From an uncultured Chloroflexia bacterium (GTDB taxonomy: Bacteria > Chloroflexota > Anaerolineae > Anaerolineales > UBA11579), in contig CAWCOT010000005.1 in the NCBI GenBank assembly GCA_963797275.1, positions 407,344 through 471,343 of the forward strand: a stretch of 64,000 nt of DNA, given 5' to 3'. The notes under the pieces are model-generated. The model was not told the origin of the DNA and searched no databases. It saw only the letters and a list, made by a program, of their open reading frames with translations. The position numbers and the translations under genes are program-made. Position 1 is the first letter of the stretch, and every line of letters starts with the position of its first letter. Below are positions 1 to 10,034 of this stretch, piece after piece.

Positions 1-651
1 CCAAGGAAGCAGCGTGGGTGTCCAGGCCCCGGCGCAAAAGATCACCCAATCTGCGCGAAATTCCTTGCCGCCCGTGGTCTCTACACCAACCACGCGTCCA
101 CCTCGTTCGATTATCGAGTTAAACGTTGTGCCTTCTAGGATTTCGACGCCAGCACCCCTCGCTTTTTGCGCCAGCAAGGTGACAACCCTGCCGCTAGCCG
201 CCCAGCCACCTTGTGGGTTGTAGTAGCCATCCGAATAGAGGTCGGCGTTCCAGACCCGGAAACGCCTGCGAATGTCGTCCTGGGTCAGCCGCTCCAGGAT
301 ATGGCCGCGCGCCTTTAGTCGCTGATAGCTTTCATATTCGAAATCGCCTGGTTGCATGCCGTCCAGGGTCAGGTACAGCACCCCGGTTTCGTGAAATAGG
401 GTCTCGCCAAATTCCTGGTTCCAAGCTCGCCACTCAATTAGCGCCTCTTCCATCATGCCCAGATAGAGTTCGTCTTTGCCATAATCCATGCGAATGACTT
501 TGCTAATGTCGGTGGAGGATGCGTCCGGATGGGGCAGGGGTCCGGGTTCAAGAAGAGTCACGGTGTAGCCGCGCACTTTGAGCTCCAGGGCAGTGTTTAA
601 GCCGAAGGTACCTCCCCCAATGATCAGGATTCGGTCAGACTTAGTGGCCAC
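1..651 (-). CDS. FAD-dependent oxidoreductase (DAO/sarcosine-oxidase-like), N-terminal part; continues past window start
   Basis: My reverse translation from GTG at 651 gives VATKSDRILIIGGGTFGLNTALELKVRGYTVTLLEPGPLPHPDASSTDISKVIRMDY..., a Rossmann GxGxxG FAD fold. The frame stays open to nt 1, so it is absent from the ORF track. It overlaps the upstream gene by 11 nt. Confidence 0.6.
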   Translation of the reverse strand, partial: MATKSDRILIIGGGTFGLNTALELKVRGYTVTLLEPGPLPHPDASSTDISKVIRMDYGKDELYLGMMEEALIEWRAWNQEFGETLFHETGVLYLTLDGMQPGDFEYESYQRLKARGHILERLTQDDIRRRFRVWNADLYSDGYYNPQGGWAASGRVVTLLAQKARGAGVEILEGTTFNSIIERGGRVVGVETTGGKEFRADWVIFCAGAWTPTLLPW

Positions 652-1150
652 CAAAGATTTTTTCGCCTGCCCGAATGGGAACCTCAAGACGGTTTTCAGC
701 CGGTGGGATTGGGCAACTCCACATCTCGTTGTACGCGCAATAGGGGTTGTAGGCCAAATTGAAATCGATCACAAACTCGCCGTTCGGCAGTTGCTCAGGA
801 TCCAGATAGCGGCCGGCGCCGTAGGTTTCCTTGTTCGCCAGCGAGTTGACGAAGGGCAGGAAGAAGCCGTGAGGGCTATTGAACAAGGTGAGCTGCGCTT
901 CTTTACCATCCACCTGAAAGGAGAAGCGGCCGTAGCGAGTGTACGTATTGATATCCCCCGTGGAGGTGGTCATTTGCACCTGTTTCTGTTCCGGGAAGGG
1001 CGCAACTTCCACCTCCAGGCGCAAGCCTGTGTCCTCCGGGAAGTAATTCAGCGACGTAAAAATAAGCTTCTGCTCACTGGTAAGTGGGCTATTTTGGTCG
1101 GTAGCAAAAAACTCGTCCTTGGCTTTGCGGAAATCTTCAAGGTCACTCAT
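641..1150 (-). CDS. DUF1684 domain-containing protein
   Basis: ORF 641..1207. The C-terminal NLAYNPYCAYNEMWSCPIPPAENRLEVPIRAGEK is typical of DUF1684. I prefer the ATG at 1150 (MSDLEDFRKAKDEFF), which is preceded by AAGGAA. Confidence 0.65.
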   Translation of the reverse strand: MSDLEDFRKAKDEFFATDQNSPLTSEQKLIFTSLNYFPEDTGLRLEVEVAPFPEQKQVQMTTSTGDINTYTRYGRFSFQVDGKEAQLTLFNSPHGFFLPFVNSLANKETYGAGRYLDPEQLPNGEFVIDFNLAYNPYCAYNEMWSCPIPPAENRLEVPIRAGEKIFGGH

Positions 1151-1378
1151 GGTCAACTCGATTCCTTGGTTTGCGGTAGGATAGCAAAAGGGAGCCGGAA
1201 AATTCACGAAGGATTGGCGTATGCTCGAATAGGGTTCCTAGCGCTCCCACGGCATGAATGCGCGTCCGAGGCGATCCCTTGTTGCCAGCCAGTCCTAACG
1301 CCTTTTTGAACCAACGACCCCTAGGCCAAATCTCGGTCTCAGAGCTGCGAGTAGATTGCGATTCCCACAGCCCAATTC

Positions 1379-1415
1379 AAAAATGTCCTGACAGTTTAAT
1401 GTCAGGACATTTTTT
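1379..1415. terminator. Rho-independent terminator hairpin, bidirectional shape, downstream of the UbiA-family gene
   Basis: AAAAATGTCCTGACA-gtttaa-TGTCAGGACATTTTTT: an 11-bp perfect stem flanked by an A-run and a T-run. Confidence 0.75.
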
Positions 1416-1429
1416 GCTGTTACGTGGCC

Positions 1430-2485
1430 TTATGCAAATAGCCTAAGGGCATAAATCATGGCAATATTCAAGACCAACCCAATGGTGAAATATTCCCCGG
1501 CCTTACGGTTGAAGAACATGGCCCAGCTCACGTACCATAACGGCCACACTGTCCAGCCCTTGGGAGGGGATTTCGGCTTGGGTTCAGAGTAGGCTTTCCA
1601 GGATTGTTGTAGTCGCGGAATTGCCAGGAAGGTCAGCAGCACCCAGAATCCTGTATAACCCAGCAGTACCATGGCGACGACCAGGACATAGAAAATCACA
1701 AAGTTAATCTTGTTCAATATCAAGGCGCGCTCTTGGCCAAGCATCACTGGGATTGAGTGAACGCCCACTTTTACGTCAGCGTCAATCTTGTCGATGTGCT
1801 TGCCTACCAGCACCGAGGCCACGATCAGGCCATATGGCAGGGTCAGTATCCAGGTGGCAGTGGAAACTGCGCCGGACGCGGCAAAAGCGGTGCCGCCAAT
1901 CATGAGGGGGCCCCACACGACCAGAGCGGTGAGTTCGCCGAATCCAGCGCGTTTGAGGAAGCTTGTGTATGACAAGCTGAGCAGCAGGCCGATAACTGCA
2001 AAGATAAGAATGGGGAAGCCACGCTGGGTATACAGGTAGGCCATTATGACGAAATCTATAAGGTTGAAGAGCAGCGCCGCAGTCAGCAGGCCATTGGCCG
2101 TGGTTAATCCGCCAAGGATGGGATGGGGGCTGTATTGTGCCCGTGGGTAATCCTCGGTATCTACACCGTTGCGAACGTCGAAATAATCGTTGAGTACGTT
2201 GTTGGAGGCGTGAGCGAAGACAACTCCTACAACGGCCAAGAGCCCGTACAGCCAATTAACGGCTGGGCCGCCGTTAGCAGCTTGTTCTGCCGCGATCAAC
2301 AGGCCTAAAAGACCCGAAGTGAGCGACATGGAAAATACGCAAGCTCTTGAAATCACCAGCCAGCGGGTTACTCCATCGGCCAACTCAATTTGGGGAATGT
2401 TGCAGCCATCCAAAACCATTTTCCAACGGGCAAGTAAGGGAATGGGATGAACGGCAGCGGCCCCAGTTGCGCTTTGGGTGCTCAT
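1430..2485 (-). CDS. UbiA-superfamily (MenA-like) prenyltransferase, polytopic membrane protein
   Basis: 351-aa ORF with many hydrophobic spans. NNVLNDYFDVRNGVD matches the NxxxDxxxD motif of UbiA-family prenyltransferases. Confidence 0.7.
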   Translation of the reverse strand: MSTQSATGAAAVHPIPLLARWKMVLDGCNIPQIELADGVTRWLVISRACVFSMSLTSGLLGLLIAAEQAANGGPAVNWLYGLLAVVGVVFAHASNNVLNDYFDVRNGVDTEDYPRAQYSPHPILGGLTTANGLLTAALLFNLIDFVIMAYLYTQRGFPILIFAVIGLLLSLSYTSFLKRAGFGELTALVVWGPLMIGGTAFAASGAVSTATWILTLPYGLIVASVLVGKHIDKIDADVKVGVHSIPVMLGQERALILNKINFVIFYVLVVAMVLLGYTGFWVLLTFLAIPRLQQSWKAYSEPKPKSPPKGWTVWPLWYVSWAMFFNRKAGEYFTIGLVLNIAMIYALRLFA

Positions 2486-2592
2486 TTATTCTCCTTTAGG
2501 TTATATGTGAACCATGTAATTAATTCTTTTCGCAATGATAGCACAGCCCGCACCTCGTTACCAGTAGCCAGAAATCGCCTGACTTTTCGGGT

Positions 2593-2618
2593 AAAAAAAC
2601 CTCCCAAGCTGGGAGGTC
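2593..2618 (-). terminator. Rho-independent terminator after the inositol-phosphate synthase gene
   Basis: The minus strand reads CCTCCCA-gct-TGGGAGG followed by TTTTTTT. Confidence 0.8.
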
Positions 2619-2631
2619 TGATTTAGGGGGT

Positions 2632-3738
2632 TTATGACTGTTCACTTACGCGGACAGGCTCGCCATGAATAAATTCTTCGATGCGCTTGCGAGCTTCATC
2701 ATCAGGAAATTGCTGGGGCGGCGTCTTCATCAGATATGACGAAGGACCGATCAGGGGGCCACTAAGACCGCGGTCCAAGGCCAGCTTGGCGCAGCGCACT
2801 GCATCGATGACGACGCCGGCGGAATTGGGTGAGTCCCACACTTCCAGCTTAACTTCCATCTGCAGCGGCACGTCACCGAAGGCGCGGCCTTCCATGCGAA
2901 TGTGAGCCCATTTCCGATCGGTCAGCCAGGGGACGTAGTCGCTGGGGCCAATGTGAATATCGCCTTTGTCCAGTTCGTATGGGAGCATGCTGGTGACCGC
3001 GCCGGTCTTGGAAATCTTCTTGGACTCCAGACGCTCTCGCTCCAGCATGTTATAGAAGTCCATGTTCCCACCGAAATTGAGTTGGTAGGTACGGTCGAGA
3101 TGCACGCCGCGCTCCACAAACATACGGGTCAACTCACGGTGGGTGATGGTGGCGCCTACCTGGCTCTTGATATCGTCTCCGATTACGGGCAGGCCGCGTT
3201 CGGCAAAGCGCTTACCCCAATATTCCTGGCTGGCAATGAAGACCGGCATACAATTGACGAAAGCCGCACCTGCATCAAGCACTTGCTCCACATACCATTT
3301 GGTGGCCATTTCAGATCCAACAGGCAAATAGTTCACCACAACATCCGTGTTGGTTTCCTGTAGGATGCGTGAAATATCTGCGGTGGGGCCAGGCGCTTTT
3401 TCCACTACCTCCCGCAGATATTTTCCCAATCCGTCATGGGTCATGCCGCGTTGCACAGGCACACTCAGGTTGGGCACATCCGCGAATTTGATGGTGTTAT
3501 TGGGGTAGGCCCAAATGGCTTCGCTAAGATCCTTGCCAACCTTGGTGGAAACCACGTCGAATGCGGCTGAAAATTCAATATCGTGAATGTGATACCCTCC
3601 CAAGTCGACATGCATTAGGCCTGGGACCTCCTCAGTTTCAGAGGCGTTTTTGTAATATTCAACCCCCTGGATAAGGGCGCTGGCGCAATTGCCCACGCCG
3701 ATAATAGCAACGCGAACCTTATGATTTGTTTTTGTCAT
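2632..3738 (-). CDS. ino1: myo-inositol-1-phosphate (inositol-3-phosphate) synthase
   Basis: [31 protein letters not shown]... gives an NAD Rossmann N-terminus, and the overall sequence is that of bacterial/archaeal MIPS. The ATG at 3738 has GAGG 8 nt upstream; the ORF track starts at GTG 3753. Confidence 0.8.
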   Translation of the reverse strand: MTKTNHKVRVAIIGVGNCASALIQGVEYYKNASETEEVPGLMHVDLGGYHIHDIEFSAAFDVVSTKVGKDLSEAIWAYPNNTIKFADVPNLSVPVQRGMTHDGLGKYLREVVEKAPGPTADISRILQETNTDVVVNYLPVGSEMATKWYVEQVLDAGAAFVNCMPVFIASQEYWGKRFAERGLPVIGDDIKSQVGATITHRELTRMFVERGVHLDRTYQLNFGGNMDFYNMLERERLESKKISKTGAVTSMLPYELDKGDIHIGPSDYVPWLTDRKWAHIRMEGRAFGDVPLQMEVKLEVWDSPNSAGVVIDAVRCAKLALDRGLSGPLIGPSSYLMKTPPQQFPDDEARKRIEEFIHGEPVRVSEQS

Positions 3739-3796
3739 ATTGAGGGCCTCCACGTACGGACGATTATACTTAGGGTAATCTTACCGCTTTGAAAAT

Positions 3797-4186
3797 ATGA
3801 ATGCAGGCAAAACAATCTCTATCGAGTTAGAGGATTTCATATCCGCTTTCTCGCCTGAAGTACGCAACCTGGCCCTTGCGCTGCGTGATCTGATTCTAGA
3901 GATCGAGCCCAAAGCCCAGGAGCAGATCGATGCACCTGCCCACCTGCTGGGCTACGGTTACGCTGAGACGTACGCCCACATTATTTGCGTGATCATCTTA
4001 TACGGTGATTATGTGAATCTGGGTTTTCCGCGCGGTGTGGACCTGCCGGATCCCGAGGGCTTGCTGCAAGGCACGGGGCAAAAAGCACGCCATGTAAAGA
4101 TCATAGAGTTGGCCCAGGTAGACGCCCCAGAGATTGCGGCGCTGGTGCAGGCCGCCGTCGACGAGACGCCCCTCCCCGAAGACTAA
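3797..4186 (+). CDS. DUF1801 (YdhG-like) domain protein
   Basis: 129-aa ORF. The pattern ..VRNLALALRDLILEIEPKAQEQID..YVNLGFPRG..ARHVKI.. matches the DUF1801 family style. Confidence 0.55.
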   Translation: MNAGKTISIELEDFISAFSPEVRNLALALRDLILEIEPKAQEQIDAPAHLLGYGYAETYAHIICVIILYGDYVNLGFPRGVDLPDPEGLLQGTGQKARHVKIIELAQVDAPEIAALVQAAVDETPLPED

Positions 4187-4779
4187 GGCACTTTTATGAG
4201 CACCGAAAGGTAGCCGAAGCCGGCTGTGCTGGAATTGGCGATAGCCCAATAACCGGTGTAGTCTCCGGCGGCGGCTGGGGCCACCAGGTCCACAGAGATA
4301 TTCGCAACCTCACCAGGGGCGACCGAGGATGTTAATGGATGACTGGCGTCCCCACTCATTTGGTCTCCGCTGCTGTAAACGATTAAATAATCTGTACCCC
4401 AGGTGCAGGTGCCGTCATTGCGTACCTGCCAGGTTTTTGTAAAGGGTGTTCCCGCAGTCACCTCTTCGCCATCAGAAACGGTGACATCTGACAGAAAGGT
4501 CATCACATTACAAGTGTTGTTGGCGGGCGTTAGCGCGACCGGGTCGGTGGTTGCCGTGACGGCGGGTGTGTTGGTTGCCGCCGGTGTGCTGGTGGCCACC
4601 AGGGTATTGGTGGCGCTGGGAGTGAGCAGGGCAATCTGAGTGAACTGCGCCAGAATCGTGTTGACCGCCTGGCCCTGAGCCGCAGTGACTGTGGCTTGCA
4701 CATCTGCTTCGGAAAGGCCACAGGCGCTAAGTAGTAGAGCAGAAATTGCCAATAGGAAGATATAAATCCGTTTCATCAC
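4183..4779 (-). CDS. Lipoprotein with Thr/Pro/Ala-rich linker and NBR1-like Ig (FW) domain
   Basis: Signal peptide with lipobox LLSAC and a PT-rich linker. The C-terminal FTKTWQVRNDGTCTW...GEVANISVDLVAP..GDYTGYW resembles the Nbr1-FW fold. Confidence 0.6.
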   Translation of the reverse strand: MMKRIYIFLLAISALLLSACGLSEADVQATVTAAQGQAVNTILAQFTQIALLTPSATNTLVATSTPAATNTPAVTATTDPVALTPANNTCNVMTFLSDVTVSDGEEVTAGTPFTKTWQVRNDGTCTWGTDYLIVYSSGDQMSGDASHPLTSSVAPGEVANISVDLVAPAAAGDYTGYWAIANSSTAGFGYLSVLIKVP

Positions 4780-4918
4780 AGGCTCCTCACTTTCGGGATT
4801 GTACCCAGCGACATTCTGAAGGCACGGTAAGCGCTTCTTGTTAATCTAACGCTTAAAAAAGACGACTTGATACGGTGCGGAGGAAGAAGAGTGCGGAGAG
4901 TCTCGCTCTTCTTTTCTC

Positions 4919-6424
4919 TTACAACGTGTAGAGTTCGCTGTATTTGGTCTTCAGATATTTAATGTAAGGCGCGATGCGCAGAGGGCCACCAGTGATGCGC
5001 TCAATTATTTCATTGGGAGTGAACTTCGAGCCGTGGCGGTAAAGGTTTTCCTTTAACCAGCTATGCAAGCTGCCGAACTTGCCCAAGGTGATGTCACCCA
5101 ATATCTCAGGGTGGGCATTGAGGGCCGCGTCGTAGAACAATGCGCTGATGATGTTACCCAGCGTGTATCCTTGGAAGGCGCCTCCGATCAAACCCCCATA
5201 CCAATGCACATCCTGGAGGACACCATCCACATCGCTTGGGGCGCGGTTTCCCAGGTCCTCCTGGTAGCGTGCTCCCCAGGCTTCAGGCAGATCCTTGATC
5301 TCCAACTTGCCCTCCAGCAGTTGCAATTCCAGGTCGAAACGGATCATCACATGCAGGTTGTAGGTCACTTCGTCGGCATCAGTGCGGATCAACGAGCGCG
5401 CCACTTTGTTAATCGCCCTATAGAAGGCCTCCAGTTCTACCTTGCCAAGTTGTTCGGGAAAGCGGTTTTGCAGTTTGGGGTAGTAAAACTCCCAGAAGCC
5501 GCGGCTGCGTCCCACCAGGTTCTCCCAGGTGCGGGATTGGCTCTCGTGCACCCCGGAAGAGGTTCCGCCGGCCAGCGGCGTTCCCTCCAGCGCAGGGTCC
5601 ACGCCTTGCTCATAGAGGGCGTGTCCGGTCTCGTGCAGGGTACTGAAGAGCGCGTCACCCAGGTCATCTTCCCTTACCCGGGTCGTGATGCGCACATCGC
5701 CCACCGAAAAGCTGGTGGTGAAAGGGTGGGGGCTTTTATCCTGGCGGCCGCGGTCGAAATCAAATCCATAATCCCGGGCGACCACCTGGCCAAAGGCTAG
5801 CTGCTCCTCTGCGGAATAACCTGCATGTAGGGGTGCATCATCCGCGGGCGCCTGCTCGGTAATGGCCTTCACGATAGGGACCAACTGCTCCCTCAAATCG
5901 CTAAAGACGCCGCGGATATCAGATGCCTTCATGCCAGGGTCGGCGCGGTCAATGAGCGGATCGGCAACATGTTCGTAGCCCGGGAAGAAATTGGCGTATT
6001 CGCGGCTGAAATCCAGAGTTTTCTTCAGATCATCCGCTACGGCTTTGAAATCATTGGCCGGGCGGGCCGTTGACCAGTCTTGATAGCTTCTGGCTGAATG
6101 GACATTGAAGCGCGCCACCCAATCTGTGGGGACCTTGATTTGCTTCTCGTAGTCCCGCCGCGTCTTGCGCAGCAGGGCGGCGTCATCTGAATCATAGGGC
6201 AGACCCTCACCATATTTTTGCAATTCATCCAGCAACTTACCAATAGTGGGGTTAGTAAATTTCTCCTGGGCCAGGCTGCTCAACACGGCCATCTGGCGGC
6301 CGCGGGCTTCCGCGCCGCCCGACGGCATGAACGTCGCCTGATCCCACTCCAAAACCGCGGCTGCAGAGCTGAGATCGTAGACTTCCCGCAAATGTGTCTT
6401 TAGTTCTTCAAGCTTCTTTTCCAT
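4919..6424 (-). CDS. M32 family carboxypeptidase (Taq-type metallocarboxypeptidase)
   Basis: HETGHALYE contains the HEXXH zinc motif, with SPHPFT and VHWYGGLIGGAFQGYTLGN blocks. The ATG at 6424 is preceded by GAGGAA. Confidence 0.85.
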   Translation of the reverse strand: MEKKLEELKTHLREVYDLSSAAAVLEWDQATFMPSGGAEARGRQMAVLSSLAQEKFTNPTIGKLLDELQKYGEGLPYDSDDAALLRKTRRDYEKQIKVPTDWVARFNVHSARSYQDWSTARPANDFKAVADDLKKTLDFSREYANFFPGYEHVADPLIDRADPGMKASDIRGVFSDLREQLVPIVKAITEQAPADDAPLHAGYSAEEQLAFGQVVARDYGFDFDRGRQDKSPHPFTTSFSVGDVRITTRVREDDLGDALFSTLHETGHALYEQGVDPALEGTPLAGGTSSGVHESQSRTWENLVGRSRGFWEFYYPKLQNRFPEQLGKVELEAFYRAINKVARSLIRTDADEVTYNLHVMIRFDLELQLLEGKLEIKDLPEAWGARYQEDLGNRAPSDVDGVLQDVHWYGGLIGGAFQGYTLGNIISALFYDAALNAHPEILGDITLGKFGSLHSWLKENLYRHGSKFTPNEIIERITGGPLRIAPYIKYLKTKYSELYTL

Positions 6425-6532
6425 GATTAATTCCTCGAGTGGATTTGCCTTCATTCTAATGCCCTTTCATCCGTCGCGGAGGTTCACTGGTAAAATGGGT
6501 TATTCGAAGGATTGAATGTTATGGAGAGAGGC

Positions 6533-6868
6533 ATGCGGATTACTGAAAAGAGTTACAAGCGGTCGACACTTGTTAAGCCAGAGGGTCGAGTGGACGCCGA
6601 GACGTCCCCCGAGTTGGAAAAGTATCTTAACAAACTGTTCAAAACAGGCCAATATCACCTGGCTGTGGACCTGTCTGCCGTCGATTACATATCCAGCGCG
6701 GGGCTGCGAGTGCTGGTTTCTGCGCTTAAGCAGGCCCGTCGCTATAACCGTGGCGATGTCCGCCTGGCCAGTCTTTCTCCCCGCTTGGAGGAGGCTTTTC
6801 AGTTAGTCGGGTTTCATAAGCTGTTTCAGATTTTCGAAGAGCCCGAAGATGCTGTTGGGAGCTTCTAG
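6533..6868 (+). CDS. STAS-domain anti-sigma-factor antagonist (SpoIIAA/RsbV-like)
   Basis: ..LAVDLSAVDYISSAGLRVLVSALKQAR.. includes the conserved phosphorylatable Ser context. The ATG at 6533 follows GGAGAGAGG. Confidence 0.8.
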   Translation: MRITEKSYKRSTLVKPEGRVDAETSPELEKYLNKLFKTGQYHLAVDLSAVDYISSAGLRVLVSALKQARRYNRGDVRLASLSPRLEEAFQLVGFHKLFQIFEEPEDAVGSF

Positions 6869-7319
6869 CTCTAGCCAGGTAATTTCTGTGGTTTCGCCGA
6901 AAAAAGAAAATACCTATGTTTGGGAAGGCCTGACTAAGTCAGGTTTTTTGGAATCTCTGGAGGATTTCATCGAGCAGGTGGGCGCCAACCTGAAAGTTGC
7001 TGAAAAAACGCTCTGGGATATCCAGATGGCGGTCGAAGAAGCCGCAGCCAATGCCCAGGAACATTCCTATGGAGGCAAGAAGGGCAAACTTCGGTTGGAG
7101 ATCGAGATGGAAAACGGGGAGATCAAGGTCAAGATAATCGATTGGGGAAAATCCAGCCCAAACATGGACGAAGTCCCTGAACCTAACATTGTTCCTGAGC
7201 TGAAGAACGTGGACCTGGAAGGGTTGGGAATGTTGATGATTCGCCGGGCAATGGACGAGGTCGAATTCTCCATCACCAAAAACGGCAACGCGGTTACCAT
7301 GCGCAAGCGCCTGGGCTGA
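6849..7319 (+). CDS. Anti-sigma regulatory factor, Ser protein kinase (RsbW/SpoIIAB-like HATPase)
   Basis: VEEAAANAQEHSY is the N-box and DWGKS..LEGLGMLMIRRAMDEV is the G-box region. It overlaps the STAS gene by 20 nt. Confidence 0.75.
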   Translation: MLLGASSSSQVISVVSPKKENTYVWEGLTKSGFLESLEDFIEQVGANLKVAEKTLWDIQMAVEEAAANAQEHSYGGKKGKLRLEIEMENGEIKVKIIDWGKSSPNMDEVPEPNIVPELKNVDLEGLGMLMIRRAMDEVEFSITKNGNAVTMRKRLG

Positions 7320-7323
7320 TTTT

Positions 7324-9120
7324 TTAATTCGGTTTCTTCCGCTTCAAGGCAATTGCAGTCAAATCGTCATTGGGTGATCGCCCGCGCGTGAAGTCGGCGA
7401 CCTTCTTCCCAAGGCCATTCAGAATTTGAGCTGGTTTCTGCATTGCCAACTCGCGCAGAGCAGCCTGAATTCGCCGGTCGCCAAAGAGCTGCCCCGAGCG
7501 GCTGGTGGCTTCGCTCATCCCATCGGTATAGAACAAAACCACGTCTCCGGGCGCCAGTTCTACGGTTTTCTGCTCCAATTCGACACCGGGCAGCACCCCC
7601 AAAGCCATACCGTCTGCTTCCAGCTTGGTAATTGCGTTCTTGGTCTGTCGAAACCACAGCAAACGCGGATGGCCAGCGTTGACGTAAGTTAGCGTGCCTT
7701 GTCTGGGGTCCAGCAAGCCGTAAACCATGGTGACGAAAAGCTCGCTTGAGGAATTTGCGATGATGAGGTCGTTCACCCGTCGTAAAGCGTCTAGTGGAGC
7801 GCGTCCATCCATACAGAATGTTCGCGTGAGAGTACGGCAAAACGCCATGAACAGCGCTGCGGGCACGCCCTTCCCGGCCACATCCGCGACGATGAACCCC
7901 CAGCGCTTATCAGGGACAGGGAAGCAATCATAGAAATCTCCACTAACCTCTTTGGCGGAATTCCATTGAGCCGCTAGTTCCCAGCCAGGTACTTTCGGCA
8001 AATGCTTCGGCAGCAGACTGGACTGGATCGTGTAGGCGAGGCGCAGTTCACTCTCCAGCTGTTCCTTGCCCTGGACTTGCGCATACAGTTGTTGCAATTC
8101 TTGATACTGCTGTGCGTTGGCCAAGGCTACTGCCGCCTGATTGGCAAACAAGCTGAGGATACGCAGATCGTTCTGGTTGAAGGGAGGCTCATTTGCATTG
8201 CGCGCCAAGCTGAGCACTCCCAAAATCTGCTCGCCGTGTTTCACTGGGATGCCAATGGCGCGCCGGAACAAGCCCGGCGGCGTCCCCTCGGCGCGCCCAT
8301 CCCAATCATCGTAGTCAGTAATAATCAGCGGTTGGCGGGTTAGAAAGACTTTGCCGGATAATCCCTCCCCGGGTTTCATCGTGACCGACCTCAGCGATTG
8401 AGGAAAGAAGTCCGGAACAGCCGGCACCAACAGCTTGCGCTCCTCGTCGAATTGGTAGAACTGGCCGTACTTGCCGTTCACCAATTTGCTGGCGCGCTGG
8501 ATAATGCGCTCCAGCACTTTCGCAACGTCCAGCTGCCGGGTAATTTCCAGGGAGGTTTCGTATAGGCTTGCGAGTTCCTCTGCCGACTGTCGGGCAGATT
8601 CATAAAGTTCTGCGTTGGAGATTGCAATAGCTGCCTGGCTGGCGAATAATTCCAAGTCTGCCAGGTCCTCATTTGTGAACACGGGCCTGCCGGGCGCCCG
8701 CTCGGCGAACAGCACACCGAGAATTTGCCTCCGCTTTTTCACCGGAGCCTGGGCCACTGCACCCACGCTCCCCCTTGGCTGCCTTGGGTCCCGGCCGGCC
8801 CACTCGTCGTATTTATCTACCTTCATGGATTTGCCGCTCTGCATCACGCGGCCCGCCATGCCTTCCCCGGGCCGAACCTTGTATAGGGCCTCTTTGGGTT
8901 GGCGTATGTGAATGGTCGGGTCCAATTCACCGCGCTCGGTGTTGTAGCGATAAATTCCGCCCGAGTCAGCGTCTAAGAATTGCACGACGCCGTTGGCTAA
9001 TGATTCGAGCAACGGATTCAGCTCCAGTTGACCAAGCAGCTTGGCGCTGATCTCCTGGAGGCGTTTGAACCGGGTTTGTTGCCGGTTCTTGGGTTGCTGG
9101 GGTTTTGTTTTCTGCGCCAT
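7324..9120 (-). CDS. GAF-GAF-PP2C (SpoIIE/RsbU-type) serine phosphatase
   Basis: Two GAF-like repeats, then SGDFYDCFPVPDKRWGFIVADVAGKGVPAALFM...FYTDGMSEA...NDDLTAI. I prefer the start MAQKTKPQQ at 9120. Confidence 0.8.
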   Translation of the reverse strand: MAQKTKPQQPKNRQQTRFKRLQEISAKLLGQLELNPLLESLANGVVQFLDADSGGIYRYNTERGELDPTIHIRQPKEALYKVRPGEGMAGRVMQSGKSMKVDKYDEWAGRDPRQPRGSVGAVAQAPVKKRRQILGVLFAERAPGRPVFTNEDLADLELFASQAAIAISNAELYESARQSAEELASLYETSLEITRQLDVAKVLERIIQRASKLVNGKYGQFYQFDEERKLLVPAVPDFFPQSLRSVTMKPGEGLSGKVFLTRQPLIITDYDDWDGRAEGTPPGLFRRAIGIPVKHGEQILGVLSLARNANEPPFNQNDLRILSLFANQAAVALANAQQYQELQQLYAQVQGKEQLESELRLAYTIQSSLLPKHLPKVPGWELAAQWNSAKEVSGDFYDCFPVPDKRWGFIVADVAGKGVPAALFMAFCRTLTRTFCMDGRAPLDALRRVNDLIIANSSSELFVTMVYGLLDPRQGTLTYVNAGHPRLLWFRQTKNAITKLEADGMALGVLPGVELEQKTVELAPGDVVLFYTDGMSEATSRSGQLFGDRRIQAALRELAMQKPAQILNGLGKKVADFTRGRSPNDDLTAIALKRKKPN

Positions 9121-9227
9121 TTTAGTTCGGATCGTATTCGATTGTAATTCATTGCCTGTAAAACGAAACGCAGGGACCTGGGGTTGGCCTTGCGTTGGGC
9201 TGCAGCTGTTTGGGATCGTCCACACAG

Positions 9228-9259
9228 AAAAAAGCGCCCTTATAAAGGGCGCCTTTTTT
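9228..9259. terminator. Bidirectional-shape intrinsic terminator
   Basis: AAAAAA-GCGCCCTTTATAAAGGGCGC-CTTTTTT, a 20-nt palindrome flanked by an A-run and a T-run. It lies 3' of minus-strand gene 9280..9660. Confidence 0.8.
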
Positions 9260-9279
9260 GTTTGATCTCTGTCGATAAT

Positions 9280-9660
9280 CTAGCTGGCAAACCAGCTGAC
9301 TATGTTGCGAACCACCACGGCCACCACGGCGAAACCCAGGAAATACAACAAGGTCCCGAACATGCCGCCCAGGTAATCCCCTACGATGGGTAAATTGCCG
9401 AATGAATTGTAAAAGAGAGCTAACCCGACAGTTAGGATGATGAACTTTTGCTCGCTGCCTTCCATGATGTACAGCAGCCCCCCTACAAAGCCGAGGGCCA
9501 TCAAAATATAGCCGGCCCACTGTTGCACGTTAGTGTCTGTGACCGCTCCTGAGGCCAGGCCATAAACGACCGAGAGAACCAATCCTACGAGAAAGATCCA
9601 ACGACCCACAACGAGAACATCGACGGTATTGCTATTCTTTGCGGTCTTGCTTGCCGGCAT
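9280..9660 (-). CDS. Small integral membrane protein (about 4 TM), function unknown
   Basis: 126-aa ORF with hydrophobic spans and a terminator immediately downstream. Confidence 0.5.
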   Translation of the reverse strand: MPASKTAKNSNTVDVLVVGRWIFLVGLVLSVVYGLASGAVTDTNVQQWAGYILMALGFVGGLLYIMEGSEQKFIILTVGLALFYNSFGNLPIVGDYLGGMFGTLLYFLGFAVVAVVVRNIVSWFAS

Positions 9661-9811
9661 TTTTTGCCTCCTAGATTTGTTTTTATCCGATCCTTGAAAA
9701 AGGGCGGGAACAGGGTTGACTATACTAGACTATCGCTCACGCCGCCAGCATCAATTTGAGAGGAATTGAGAGCCGCCTAAGAATATTCTATAGACCAGAA
9801 AGGAACCTGAT

Positions 9812-10033
9812 ATGCAAGGTAATTGGTTTCAGCCCTGGGGATGGAGCTATCGCCCTTCCAATATTTTAGGATGGTTGGTCACTGCGCTGGCAGCTTTGTT
9901 TGTGGTTTGGGCTTTCGTGGCCGTGGATCGCAATTCTCATTCAGTCAGCGATACCTTGATCGGCACCTTCCCGTGGGCATTTATCGCCGCGGTCTCATGG
10001 ACTTGGGTAGCTTCTCACACCGCAAAAAATTAA
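9812..10033 (+). CDS. Small Trp-rich membrane protein (2 TM), function unknown
   Basis: 73-aa ORF with AGGAA 8 nt upstream of the ATG. The overlapping 9823..10218 ORF looks non-coding. Confidence 0.4.
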   Translation: MQGNWFQPWGWSYRPSNILGWLVTALAALFVVWAFVAVDRNSHSVSDTLIGTFPWAFIAAVSWTWVASHTAKN

Positions 10034-10034
10034 C

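Noticed and set aside
578-1309. 243-aa plus-strand ORF overlapping the DUF1684 gene.
   Set aside because: It is antisense to a gene with clear family motifs, and its own sequence is low-complexity with no motif. This is a typical shadow ORF in GC-rich DNA.
1430-3738. UbiA prenyltransferase and myo-inositol-phosphate synthase as one operon for an inositol-containing prenyl or ether lipid.
   Set aside because: A strong intrinsic terminator (2593..2618) and a separate TGCTATCAT-type promoter separate the two genes. Adjacency alone is not enough, and I have no family-level evidence for a joint pathway.
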